The notes under the pieces are model-generated. The model made no database searches. It had not been told where the DNA came from and saw only the letters and a program-made list of their open reading frames with translations. Below are positions 11,901 to 24,404 of a stretch of DNA of 64,000 bases, piece by piece. Position 1 is the first letter of the stretch; every line of letters starts with the position of its first letter. The stretch comes from Antedon mediterranea (lineage: Eukaryota; Animalia; Echinodermata), in the NCBI RefSeq assembly GCF_964355755.1, contig NC_092674.1, positions 1,612,001 through 1,676,000 on the forward strand, written 5' to 3'. The translations under genes were made by a program, and so were the position numbers.

Positions 11901-14900
11901 TAAGTTTTCTAGATCTAAAAAACTCAGATATTTGAGTTTCCTATATTTATGAAATTTAAATAACAAGATCCGAGTTTCAAGCTTCAAATATAAAAATCAA
12001 ATCACATAATACAGTAAGTCGTGTCATTGTTAATAAGAGGGTAGTGTTTAAAATACACCTATCATTGTAAGTACTCATTGTTATTTGCCAAAAATAGTAC
12101 TGCGGTCAACCTGCATAAAATGCGGCTAAAATGTATATCATGATATAGAACACGATTCAATGTCTGATTGTTTATCATGTATGTTATTTACCTTTAAAAA
12201 GCAAAGGAAAAGCTCCCAGCAATAGCCTGAAAATATAGGGGAATACATGTATAGTTATGCATTGCATTATGGTTTGACAAATATTTTATATATTTTCAAA
12301 AAGGAAAACACCAGAGGCGACACACTGTATTTTTCAAGATTGAAGATGTCGGCGATAATTCACCATTTATATTTTCTTCGTCCGAGTCTGAAGTTGATCC
12401 TACAGACTTTCCCTCCACTTCTGTTGATACACAACCTTTCCATAAACGGGATATGATTTCCATATCTCCACTGTTCACACCAAATAGCGACAACGTACCC
12501 ATGTCGATGACAACGCCCGACTTAAAAACCACGAAAGTAACGAATCATGCAGGAGGTAGTGTTTTGATCTGTTGTTTTTTTTTTAACAAAGTAATGTTTT
12601 ATTCAATAAGTGTAGGTGTCTATAGGAAACTGAGATATCTGAATGTATCTAGATCATATAACATTGTGTGTTTTTACTTATCGATATGAATCTACATTTT
12701 ATAGTGCGGAAAAAGAAAACAAGGCGACCGAAGAAGAAGCAACGAATCGCAACCATATCATCTGATTCCGTTGACTCAACACCACAGGTTGATCCTACAG
12801 ACGTTCCCTCCACTTCTGTTGATAGACAACCTTTCCATAAACGTGATATGATTTCCATATCTCCACGCTCCACACCAAACAGCGACAACAGCAAAAAGAC
12901 AGACACAAATGCCACGATGGCTAATTTTAAGGGCATTCCAGCTACCTCTTTTTTTAGCCAATCTTCCGATATAGATTTTGATTTGATTTCATTATCACAT
13001 CAATTTTCTGACTCCAACAACGACAGCAGTGATCATACAGACACCAATGAAAAGTTACTACCTAATCGTAATGATGTATTGCATACGCCTATAACAGGAA
13101 GGCCTTCCGGCGATAGTGTGATTTTCCAATCCCCAATTTGTAACCCCCACAGCGAAATCATAAAGGAAAAAAGCACGTCGATGACAACGCCCGACTCGAA
13201 AACCACAAAAACTATGCAACATGAAAGTAAGTGTTTTGTTCGTTTTGATCTTCGCATTACAAGATCTGTGTTAGAAAACACAAGTTTTAAATATATCTAA
13301 GTTTCCTAGATCTAAAAAACTCAGATATTTGAGTTTCTTAAATTTATGATATTTCAATAACAAGATTCGAGTTTCATTATTCAAATAGAAAACTCAAATC
13401 ACCAAATACAGTAAATCGTGTCATTATTAATAAGAGGGTAGTGTTTAAAATACACCTATCATTGTAAGTACTGTTATTTGCAATAGTACTGCGGTCAACC
13501 TGCATAAAATGCGGATAAAATGTATCATGATATAGAACACGATTCAATGTCTGATTGTTTATCATGTACTGTATGTTATTTACCGTTAAAAAGCAAAAGA
13601 AAAGCTCCCAGCAATAGCATGAAAATATAGGGGAATACATTTGTAAGTTATGTATTGCTTTATGGTTTGACAAATATTTATATATTTTTAAAAAGGAAAA
13701 AAACAGAGGGGACACACTGCATTTGTCAAGATTGAAGACGTCGGCGATAATTCACCAATTATATTTTCTTCGTCCGAGTCTGAAGTTGCTCTAAGTAATT
13801 CCGAAACACGATACAGTCACATAAACAATTCATTTAGTTCTGATCTGGAAAAGCAAGGTTCGTTATTTAATTTACACAACCTAATTGAAACACTATATTA
13901 ATAAAATCTACATTATCTTTGTGTGACACAATATTCGAAAACAAAATTCATTATCATTTCCAATATGCAATTAAAATTAAAATAATTCTGTTTATTTTTG
14001 TGGGAAATTGTGACGGCTGATATCTTTTATTTTCCAAATAAAACTATCTTTAGATGTATCGACTACGTTTTAGCGTGTTCTTAAGGTACAATTACATGTT
14101 ACTAATATACTAATATTCTATTGTGAAAATATTACATATAAAATAGAAAATGCATGCATCATACATTTGCTCCAAAGTAACTATTGAAATAAAGTTTATA
14201 AACAGTGCCCGCAAAAAAGGAAACATGCCTATTACTGTTATTAAATATTTTGAAATTTTCAATATGCTTCGTTTTAGGTGACCGAATGTCGTGCAAAAGG
14301 TTCACAAAGCGGTTGTTAAACAAAAAATTTGTTCAGGTGTCTGAACTATACCAAATCCTCATGAAAACATCAGAAAATGCAACATTCCCAGACATTCCGC
14401 AGGGTGTTAAAGAAAATATGTTATTTGTTGTCAACAATGAAGGCAATGTACAACAACGTTTTGGAGGTGGTCGTAGCTTCTTTCCTGATGATTGTGGTGT
14501 ATGGGACTCGTCAAGTAGTAGTACTCCGAAGACACAGTTCACAAGAGTAGCTGGAAGGCTTATCACCATTGTCTTTAAGTGTGATAGATTTTGCATTAAA
14601 AAAAACGGTACTTGGGTCCCGCTCGTACCACAACCGACTAATATTATAACTTTGCATAGGTGTTATTGTAAATTAAAACGAGACAAAGGGTACAAAAAAC
14701 GAGTGTCGTGGATAGAAAACGAAAACGAAAAAATGAACAACTTCAATAGGCCTAAAGCAGTAGTTGAATACATTGGCAATTTTCCTTTTACCATTTCGTC
14801 ACATGGTAATGACAGACATACACACACAGAATACGTACGTACTCATCCGAAAGTTCTACGTGATGCTGAATGTAGACTTGTCCATTCCAAACCCAGGGAT

Positions 14901-16157
14901 ACTTACGCAGATATGGTTTTTTCTAACCCCGAAAGCGCACCCAGAGATATGAAACAACTGAGAAATTTGAAATATAACCGATCAAAAAAACTCACCACAG
15001 GTAGTAGGTCTAATGTTGCCGATGATATACAAAATTTAATAACCGAATTAACAAAACATGAATTTGTAAAAAAAGTCTTTGCTGTACCTAATCAGCCTCC
15101 TTGTGTAATTCTGTACACAAACAATCAAATTAATGACTTACGAAGGTTTTGTTGTGGCAATATTTCTCAAAGTATACTAGGGATCGATAGGACTTTTAAC
15201 TTGGGGGCTTGCTATTTAACGGTTACTGTTTTTAAAAACACTCTATTGCTTAAAAAAGAAGCAAATGATCATCCCATTTTTGTCGGCCCGATGCTATTAC
15301 ACTGGGATGGTCGGTACAGCACGTATCTTGATTTCTTTACACATTTGCGTTGTCAGCTTGACAGTGACATAAACAATTCCGAAGTTGGTATGAGTTGTAA
15401 TATGGTCATAGGTTCCGACGAAGAAAAGGCAATTTTGAAAGCTTTAAACTTTTCTTTCCCCAATTCGCGACACATATTGTGCACAAGGCATATCAAGCAA
15501 AATGCATCTCGTTACTTGCTTGAAAAGCAAGGAGCAAATAATAAGTACCGACAAATAATACTAAACAAAATCTTTTCGCCGTCCGGATTACTTGGGAGTA
15601 CAAACATTTCACAATTTGACAAACGTTCACTACAATTGGAAATAGATTTCCAAAAACAAGTTCCACTATTTGGAAATTATTTTAGAGATAAACTGTGCCC
15701 AACCTTAAAAGAAAAGGTTTTCAGACCCAATATTACCGACCGAGTGATTCCGGACCGTTGGACAAACAACAACTGCGAAAGCATAAATCACATTCTAAAA
15801 CTATCCATTAACTGGAAACCACAAAGGCTTCCAGATTTAGTACAAATTCTACACAAAATTGCGAAATTACAATATGCAGACGCCCGGCGTGCAATTCACG
15901 GACAAGGCAATTTTTACGTTATCCCTAGATTAAAGAAATATACAGTGCCAAATTCGGTTTGGATAGGGAAATCTGAAGATGAAAAAAACAAATATGTTTT
16001 ACGATTTTTGAAAATATCACTGAACAAAACAGTTGCAAAAACAACAACATCTAAAGACGGGAAATTAATTATTCCTGCAACACCACAATGTGCTAAAAAA
16101 CCAGGACAAAAAAAAAGAACCAGAGTTGCAAAAACCACATCATTCAGTAAGAAATAA
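7929..16157 (+). CDS. Spliced PHD-OTU(vertnin-like)-repeat linker-MULE DDE transposase fusion, ~1860 aa, 10 coding exons
   Basis: Exons 7929-8934, 9145-9396, 9547-10041, 10510-10761, 10912-11166, 11318-11824, 12304-12555, 12705-13226, 13696-13857, 14278-16157. All introns are GT-AG and phase 1. The joined length is 5583 nt with no internal stop. Confidence 0.75.
9100..13857 (+). repeat. Tandem segmental duplications (~1.75 kb period) of exon-intron cassettes encoding Ser/Thr/Asp-rich, basic-cluster peptides
   Basis: Recurrent peptides RKKKTRRPKKKQR, VDPTDFPSTSVD, MTTPDLKTT and KIEDVGDNSP. The introns are near-identical between copies (e.g. 10042-10509, 11825-12303, 13227-13695). Confidence 0.9.
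14278..16157 (+). CDS. MULE-family DDE transposase exon
   Basis: GIDRTFNLG (D 15186), IGSDEEKA (D 15417), CTRH (CxxH, 15480-15491), WTNNNCES (E 15777). Uninterrupted ORF with a basic C-terminus. Acceptor TTTTAG ends at 14277. Confidence 0.92.
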
Positions 16158-18855
16158 GAGTTGTATCAAGACTTGAAAGAATTAATGGTGAAGATTTTAC
16201 TTAGGCTATTTTATATTCACACTTATTTGAAACTCATAATCTACAATAATTACACTCTTTTTATAATAATATTGTTTTGTATATGTTTTTAACTTAATAT
16301 CATTTATATTAAATCAGTATATACTTGTATAATACAAAGATTTGAATGTGAAAAAAATAGTACCGTATTTATTCGAATAAATTGAATAAATGCAACCCAA
16401 CCCCTCTAATTAGGGCGACAATTACACAAACTAATTTTTACTCTATTTAACACGTCGTGATGTAATTGTATTGTAGTTTTCATATTGAAGAGGTTCCGAG
16501 ATATCTATTGAACCATTTTACACCAAAAAAAAAAAATAAAAAGTGCATTAAGCTTATTCAATCGGTTTCCCTAAATTTTGTCGAAGAACCCCATTATCCA
16601 CGCCATCAATGTGTCAAAAGCTAGTAATTTGATTAAATGTTCTCAGTTGTGTTTTATGTCGCACATTTAATAATTCCACATCTCGTACGTTTTACTATTA
16701 CTTTAACAATGAAACGTTTATTATTAAAGGTAGGCCTACCTTAGTTTCTCGTGTTATTAATTCTGTTTGCACTTATTAAATCTATCTTTTTATATTAATT
16801 ATTGTTAAAGTTAAGTCGCATTTTAAATATACTTATGTATTTACTCCAGTATTTGTCACAGTGTTAAATTTTTATTATTTAATAACGCATTTACTAGATA
16901 GCATTTACAGATTATTATTGCAATTTTAAATATGTTTATATTGGTTTGTACATGGAGGTCCTCCATGGTTTGTATAACACTACTTCCTAAAAACATACGT
17001 TCTCTGTCTAACAATTTTTAAAAGCAATGCAATCGTATCCGATTTAGATTGACAACTTAGCAGTTGTAAATATTCAGTTTTGCAATTAGCATTAAGTTAT
17101 AAAATTTCTTTTTTCTTTTAAACTTTTGTTCGATAATTTGTATTTTTTCTCCACATAGAATATAAATCACTTTGCCTTCAACAAACATGTGTATTAAGTT
17201 TGTTCTTTTTCAAAAAAAAATTCACAAATTGATATTTTATTGAGTTTCAACCTATACCTAAAAAAACATTAGATTTCAGTATGTTTTGTGTGTTTTTTTT
17301 TACAAATTAAATTTAGGTAGATGTTGATAATACATTTGATATCTTGAATCAAGTTTGTATACCTCAAAAACATTATATTTAATGCCTTTCCTCTGGTCAA
17401 GAGACGAGATAAGCCCTTGACCAATGTTAGGACCAATCAAGGTGCTTTAAACAGTCCTGGCTTTGTTTGTATCAAACCTGTTAGTGGCGGTAATTATCGC
17501 TGTTGGTTTTTATTTTAATAAAATAAAAAATAAAAAAATAAAAAAGGAATTATGTTACAGATTTTCAGTTGTGTTCTCATGTATTATTTAAAACATGAAA
17601 AATGTTATTTATTTACTACACTATGTTATTTAAATTTAGTTTGTTGTAGTTAAACAAACATGGCTAGATGTTGATAATACATCTGATATCTTGAATCGAG
17701 TTTGTACCTCGAAAACAAAATGAAATTTAGTACTAAAAAGATGTTACAGACTTGAGTTGTGTTCTCATGTTCTCTCAATATGATTAGGCCTAAGGTTAAT
17801 AAAGATTTACAAGTTAATGAAACATGTTTGTGTTTTCACTTCCTGTCATCATTTTTGTCAGACTATTATATATATATATATATTTCAACGGAGAAAAACA
17901 TTCATTAACTCATTAATCAGGGGAAACAACATTACGTTTAATTGTTAAACAACTTAATCAAAATTAAGCTGTCGCTGCAAAAGACTTAAAATGAATCCTC
18001 TCTAAAACGCACACTGCTGGAATTAAGAATTTAACTTATTTAATAAATGTTTATATATTTTTCTTTTTTATTTTAACCTTGATTTTAATTTGTATTACAA
18101 TACTTGTCTAGTCTAGTGGTGAATTGGGCATTACACCAGAAGGCTAGCTATACTCTTTCTTTCAAATTGATTTTTTAATGAAACAAGTACTTTGAACAAA
18201 TTCATGCGTGAGCACATAGGCATCATTTTCTCTCTATTTGCATTCAAATAAATTACAGTTATTCGTTTAGTGAACAAATAAATTCAAGAATCAACATTAA
18301 AATAACGTCAAATGATATGAGTTATGAGGTTCCATTTTTCATGAATTTTACGCGCGAGAGTACCCATTTCCGGCCATCTAGCTAGGGGTGTCATGGGAGT
18401 AAATTAGCTTCGTCACAGGCCCCACCATGGTTCCAATACTTCTTATCATTTTATCAGAACTAAACTTACCCACCCACCCACAATGATCATCTCAGGCATT
18501 ACAAATTTCTTAGTAGGCCTTCTAGCTGTTATATGGCCACCGAATAACAAAGTTTAATAAATAATAGACTATTTAATTAATTTTCAGTGGATTATTTGTT
18601 GGGTACTTGGGGGTATAGGCCTACTATAAAACAAAAAAACACCTCTGACGTATTTAGCTTTGCTTTTTGCTTCTCAGTTTGAAATGAACATGTCATAGGG
18701 GAAAACTTTACCTTTGCTCCCCCCCCCCCACATCTCCCTATTTCAAAATCCTGGATCCGCCCCTGATTTTGGTGCCGAATACTCGTCAGATCCTGACAAC
18801 CAAACCAAGGCTCACGTGTAATAACGCAGTGCTATCTACTTCAATATATCATTAA

Positions 18856-19015
18856 TATAGAGGGCGACATAACAAAAAATTTGTTTTCGGTAATTAGATT
18901 TGTTTTAGTTTGTTTTCGGTTTGTTTTCGGTTGTTTAGGGTTGTTTCCGGTTGTTTTCGGTTATTTTCGGTTGTTTTCGGTTGTTTTCGGTTGTTTTCGG
19001 TAATTAGACTGACCC
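18856..19015 (-). repeat. Right TIR of the MULE, tandem TTGTTTTCGG units
   Basis: Reverse complement of the left TIR, followed directly by the TSD GCTGGCAC. Confidence 0.9.
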
Positions 19016-19559
19016 GCTGGCACTATTTAACTTACCGCATACCGGTGGACAAATTTTAATGTGTTAATTTTTTTAAACTAGTCTTTTATACATGTCTTTT
19101 TTTTTATCAAATTTTGTAAAATACTACTTTTCAGCCTTTTGGCTGCCGTTGTATTTTTTATGTCTTTTTATGAATAAATATACCTGAATAATATTTACTA
19201 CTGTACTACCCGCAACCTGCAGCATGTGAGTAGCAAACCAGGCTAGAGGAGGCCTGGTGGTAGGTAGTTTTGCTAGCCTACTAGGCCTACTTACGCGGTC
19301 TTAATAATAAGTCTATACTAATTAAATTAATAAAAATATATATTATAATATAATATATTGATTGAAGACTACAAGAAAAAAAAGAGATGTAATTCATGAA
19401 TACTTTACTCCTATCCCTAAAAAAGAGCCGACCGAGTTAGAGACTAAGCTCAGTTAGTAAATACAAAATTCACCAACCTATCGTGCAAAACGTGTGGACG
19501 CATGGATCTCAGCTCAGGCTCAGCTGTCAATGCGCCTGGCTGTACACTTTTCAACAATG

Positions 19560-19700
19560 TGGTACACTCTCTCTGACGTCAGATGTACTACTGTCAATCA
19601 TTACGTCATCGCCATCAGACGCATGTAATCGCCGTGTGCACGCGCGCACGGAAAAGGCTCACATTCGCGGCCGCTTTTGGGCTCTCGATCTGTCTCTTTG
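19560..19700. promoter_or_regulatory. CpG-rich promoter-like segment with CRE sites
   Basis: TGACGTCA (19574-19581), TTACGTCA (19601-19608) and near-palindrome GTGCACGCGCGCAC, in an otherwise AT-rich context upstream of the TMEM45-like transcript. Confidence 0.45.
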
Positions 19701-21666
19701 TACGCGCCTATGCTGACACTTTCATTAGACGTTTATATAATATATATAATACATACGGATAGTGTATTTAATCAATTGGAATTAAAAGTATAAGTCGGGG
19801 CTCACTCACTCTAGTATAGGCCAACACAGTAAGCGGCAGTTTGGTCATGCCTCCTCCTATCAAGAAAAGTACATATATATAGAGGGCGCTAAGTGAATTT
19901 ACAGCATTGAGCGTTTTTTCAACTGAGTAAAAAAAACAGTGCATTTTATGGATAATTTCTTTGCTCCTGAATGTCATTCAGGCAACATTCATGTTACGTG
20001 TCGTGAAATACTGTAGATGCATTGATACAACCGACAGACGTACGTGTTTTAGTTTGTATTATGAAATTATTGCTACAAAATTCTCAATATCCTAAGTTCG
20101 TGACTTGCCGACTTCCTATATCGTGCGCGTAATTTAATAATCGAAATCAATGAAGCGTGACTTAAGCATGAGAGGTAATGAAGAGACTAAGTTCACCTTG
20201 ACCGTTCTGTGTCAGTCAACCTTCAGTCGCACGTGACAACACGCACGGGGTAAGTATACTATACAATATGTCAATATCATCGGTTATTTCAAATGAAATT
20301 ATTTAGCTTGGCAGTGTCTGAAATATTGAAATGATTGGATATATTATAACATTCATTCAGTCCACGTAATAATTTGATTACTGTATGCAGCGGATATTGT
20401 CTGCCTTGTCACCTCTGGCTACATCGCGTGTATGTATATGGATCGTTGCTTAGGAATATGCTTGAAAAAAATGGAACGGGACGGATTATTGTTTGATGTG
20501 TATTATAGAATACTTAGGCCTCTATGATCGATCCGGCATCTATAATAGAAATGATACTATTTTTGCGATATATGTTCGGGTGTACTAGAGAGTATAATAC
20601 AGTTTTTAATAAGTTTTAGCACCCATGGACGGGCCCGGACCAATATTAACAAAGACATCCACATTACACTTCCTCTCTCTTATAGGCCCAAGTGTTCCCA
20701 TATGTTACAACTAGTAATTTATGTACAACACCTACAGTTCTTCCAAATTATGTGTATTCGCATAGGCCTCCGGATTGTACTAGACTAGTTTTATTGTTAG
20801 AATATTAATACCAAGGTTCAGAGGGGATAAACAAAAAAACACGACTCTTGGATCATGGTAAATATATTCAAGACTGAGTGAGACATATGATAGGCCTCCA
20901 CAGCGAGTCATCTTCATATTTTTAATTGACGCGCGCCGGCGCATTGAATTCATTTGTGCACCTCCCAGGGCGGAGAGAAGAGGACGACGTCATTTCAACC
21001 TGAAATTAGACAATTACTGTAATTGATTCATAGTGGTAGGGCGTGGGCGAATTGATTGAATATAGGCCTATTCAATCATTAAGAAAATGTGTTTAACAAT
21101 TACCATATTGTTTTTCTAGAGCACGAGTGTCATATGATTGTCCCTTAAAAGTTAAACGCACTATAAAACTTAATACTTTTTGGCGCTAACATTTTGTAAT
21201 CCGGCGTCACGCTTCGTGAGTGATTTAAATATTTTCATCTATAAAAAATAATAATAAAAGGGTTGACCAAAAATTAAAGCAAACACATCCTACTAAGTTT
21301 GTGTAAAAAAGTATTTAAAATTAGGACTGTAAATATGCTATGCATTTCACCATATCTGTTTCCTTCCTTATTGTTAGGGCTGGCATATTGTATACAGTTA
21401 AGTAATTTATGTAAAGACATTCCGTACAACAAGAGCGACAAACAATTACGTTTCTTGTGGGTTAGCCACCCACTAGAAAGAAGCTGTTACAAAAATGTAA
21501 TTGTGCATTTGAATAATGTTATCAGTACAGTAATACAAATTGTTCTATTCTTCCAGATTGCCTACCCGTATATTTATTGAGGAGCAACGGGTACCTGCTT
21601 AAGTATTAACTTGAGTTACCAGCTAAGTGTCAAAGACCTTTATTTGGTATACGGTGTCAGAGTTCG

Positions 21667-22608
21667 ATGGCATCCGGCGACCATCATCAAACTGCGAATT
21701 ACATTACACTAGGGTTGCTTTTAGATACGCTGGCACTAACATGGATTATCGGCTACACTAATCATAAATTTGAGAATATTGTTGCCAGTTTGAAAAGGCA
21801 ACAAGCACACTTGACTATCATCCATGCGCCTAGTCATCAGACATCGATATGGCCGCGGGTGGAAGGAATATTCTGCCTCGCTGCTTTAATATGCCTATCT
21901 ATCAAAGAATTCTCGTTCCCATCGTATAAAATAGAAATAACCGCGCACAAAACGTCAAAAGACGCTTCACCAATCAATAACGGCGTAGATGATGACGAAG
22001 ATTGGTGTACGCGCGGATTATTCATGACGTCATTTTTATACGGACTTGCGAGATTGTACCAGGGAAGTGCCGCCAATTCTGGCGTAGTGATGTCTTGGTT
22101 TGTGCGATCATGTCTGCTCGCAACGTTTCTAAATGAACTGTACCTGTTCAGAAAGTTTTTATTTTATACAAACGACAGGATAGAAGTACGAATGCATAAT
22201 GTTTTAGTGATAATTATCGTACTTAGTGCCGCAGCTATACTAATGGACATGTTAAAAGATATCTCAGTTACATTTGCTACATTCAGGATTGTAGGAAAAC
22301 TACCATGGCTAAGATGTATTTTACTGCTATTACAAGGTAATTGGATGGTACAAATTGGATGTACGTTTTACGTTGACATTCTAAACAACGGGTCGTTGTT
22401 TGACCTTATTTTCTCTCTCATTTGTCAGACGAGTTTTGCGGCCTTTTTGATATGTCTTATGTATTTTACCGGTAAAGCATTAGTCTTTGATTCCCCAAAT
22501 ACGAAAGATATACAAAAAGATTTACCAAGTGATGAATGTACTGAAGCATGTATTGATTGTTTGACTGCTGTGTTTTCAAATGCTGGACCGTATTCGTATC
22601 ACTATTGA
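21667..22608 (+). CDS. TMEM45/DUF716-like multi-pass membrane protein (divergent)
   Basis: 313-aa ORF with ~7 hydrophobic segments. LRCILLLLQGNWMVQIG matches the TMEM45 signature (R..L..LQG.W..QIG). Upstream acceptor TTCCAG ends at 21556, with a candidate 5'UTR donor near 20250. Confidence 0.75.
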   Translation: MASGDHHQTANYITLGLLLDTLALTWIIGYTNHKFENIVASLKRQQAHLTIIHAPSHQTSIWPRVEGIFCLAALICLSIKEFSFPSYKIEITAHKTSKDASPINNGVDDDEDWCTRGLFMTSFLYGLARLYQGSAANSGVVMSWFVRSCLLATFLNELYLFRKFLFYTNDRIEVRMHNVLVIIIVLSAAAILMDMLKDISVTFATFRIVGKLPWLRCILLLLQGNWMVQIGCTFYVDILNNGSLFDLIFSLICQTSFAAFLICLMYFTGKALVFDSPNTKDIQKDLPSDECTEACIDCLTAVFSNAGPYSYHY

Positions 22609-22993
22609 CCGCACTGTGTCACGTGTTGCTGCAGTACATAACATTCTGCTGCAGTACAGATCAGCCACAGTTGCTTATTATTATATACAATCAATTTCAA
22701 CCTTTTAAAACAAATATTTACGTACGTGTGCTAAGAATATACCATCTACGGACGGTACAGTGCTACACAATGCGTCACTGCTTATAGCAGACTCACGAAG
22801 AGAAGTTGCGTTACCCGCGCGTGCACGCACCATCTTACGTCACCATAATAGGCATACGCGACGTATTAGTGGCCACAGAGAGCTTCCTCAATGTTTATGA
22901 TTATTTATTCTGCTATGTGATGGCTAAAATCGTTAAATTTTTCTTTTCGTCACAAATATAATATTTTAATAACTTATGTGCTGCAATATTTAA

Positions 22994-23524
22994 AGATGTA
23001 TTTTCCCTTTGACTATATTACAAAAAAATAAAAAATAACACATTTCGAAAAAAAGTGGGTCATTTTGATCTATCATAATAGTTATTAACTATTACCAAAA
23101 ATTATTTGAAAAAAAAAAACATTTAACTGAAATACAGACGTTTTTTGTTAAAAAAATAACTTTGTCTTCCAGTCAAAGTTTTCGATCAAAACATATCCCA
23201 TAATGAAACGCGCTTGTTTGGCTACTCTGTATATGCATCATAAAACTTCCTCACGATCTGTGTGAAAATACCTTCTCAACAGTGACGAGTTGTAAACAAT
23301 CCTAAATGCGTACTCGTGGATTGACATCTTTGTTTACTTTCGCTCGCGACGATTTTCCAGACGAAATGTAATCAAACTAATTTACCTGTTAATTATGTAA
23401 AATTGTTGCTTTTGGCTCGAATTTTCGACTTAAAGTGAATAACTTTAATATTATTTTGATATGGCCAATTTATATTTAGAATATTTTGACCTTCATTTTT
23501 TGTGTTTCAAGGGACAATACATCT
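22994..23524. mobile_element. Non-autonomous TTAA-TSD DNA transposon (Kolobok-like)
   Basis: TTAA|AGATGTATTTTCCC ... GGGACAATACATCT|TTAA. Confidence 0.75.
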
Positions 23525-23881
23525 TTAAAAATAATTTTCTCAACATAGCATTACTATGTATTTAAGATTAGGTCAAAGTGAATCACTGCTGGAAGGAACA
23601 AACCGAATTAACCTCATCAATGAAACAAAATACACTTTCTAATATTTTTTTCTCAAAACATGAAGTCGTTATGATACGAAAATTCTCATTATGGTAATTT
23701 GTGACGTTATACACGTGGTAATTTAAGCGAAATTATCGTTTGCAAAACGTCGTTTGTGAAGAGCACATCTCCAATTAATTTCAACTTTTATTATCGTTTT
23801 GTGGTCGTTTAAAGTTAGCTAGCTCACTCTAATTATAATCGATCGCTTAAAATATGTTGTTGAATTCATAAATGATTCTAA

Positions 23882-24045
23882 AGCTCTCTGCCTACACTAT
23901 CAAACTAGTTTGACAAAAAAAGTGTGATGTGTCCAAGTTAGTGATATGCTTAAATATGGCAGTGATGTGATGTGACATCACCATGTCCATATGGGCACAT
24001 CATATTCTTTTGTCACATAAAGTTTGATAGTGTTGTAGAAAGAGC
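23882..24045. mobile_element. MITE of the AGCTCTGTCTACACTATCAAACT family
   Basis: TIRs ...CTACACTATCAAACT / AGTTTGATAGTG(TT)GTAG..AGAGCT with TTAA-like flanks. Further copies at ~26720-26825, 29935-36163, 39135-39296, 45920-46050 and 63945-64000. Confidence 0.75.
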
Positions 24046-24404
24046 TTTAACAAAATGTTCTCAATAGACGTGTTGGTAAAATATAGAACATCCCTACATT
24101 GTTATAAAGAATATTCATATTAAGGGTTTAAATTATAAATAATAAATGCATTGCTTGGGCTACCTTATTTTGGGAGTTGGACAGTATTTTAATTTCAATT
24201 GTATTTTTCATTGTAATATAACGAACAAACATAATACAATCATTGCAACACGAAAGCGTTGGGATATTGCGTGGTGTACCATTGTCAATTTAATGTATTC
24301 AAGATCCAATCAATAACACATTAATATCATGAGTTTCTTGAGTATTGGCAGCAGACGAGTTATGTTACGAATTATTCACCTGTGTGTGGGGAAAGGGGTG
24401 GAAA

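Larger units (their letters stand above)
1049..19015 (+). mobile_element. Large (~18 kb) putatively autonomous Mutator-like (MULE) DNA transposon
   Basis: Left end cGGTCAGTCTAATTACCGAAAAC... is the inverted repeat of right end ...GTTTTCGGTAATTAGACTGACCc. The direct repeat GCTGGCAC flanks both ends (1041-1048, 19016-19023) as an 8-bp TSD. It encloses a DDE transposase gene with MULE motifs. Confidence 0.9.

Noticed and set aside
9146-13715. Numerous short antisense ORFs over the repeated exons
   Set aside because: Shadows of the plus-strand repeated exons and introns.
14205-14277. N-terminal extension of the 650-aa ORF from a GTG start (likewise 7890-7925 from a TTG)
   Set aside because: Intronic sequence upstream of clear splice acceptors at 14277 and 7925.
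21299-21580. 93-aa ORF upstream of the TMEM45-like gene
   Set aside because: Mostly intronic (acceptor at 21556), with a TTG start and no recognisable motif.
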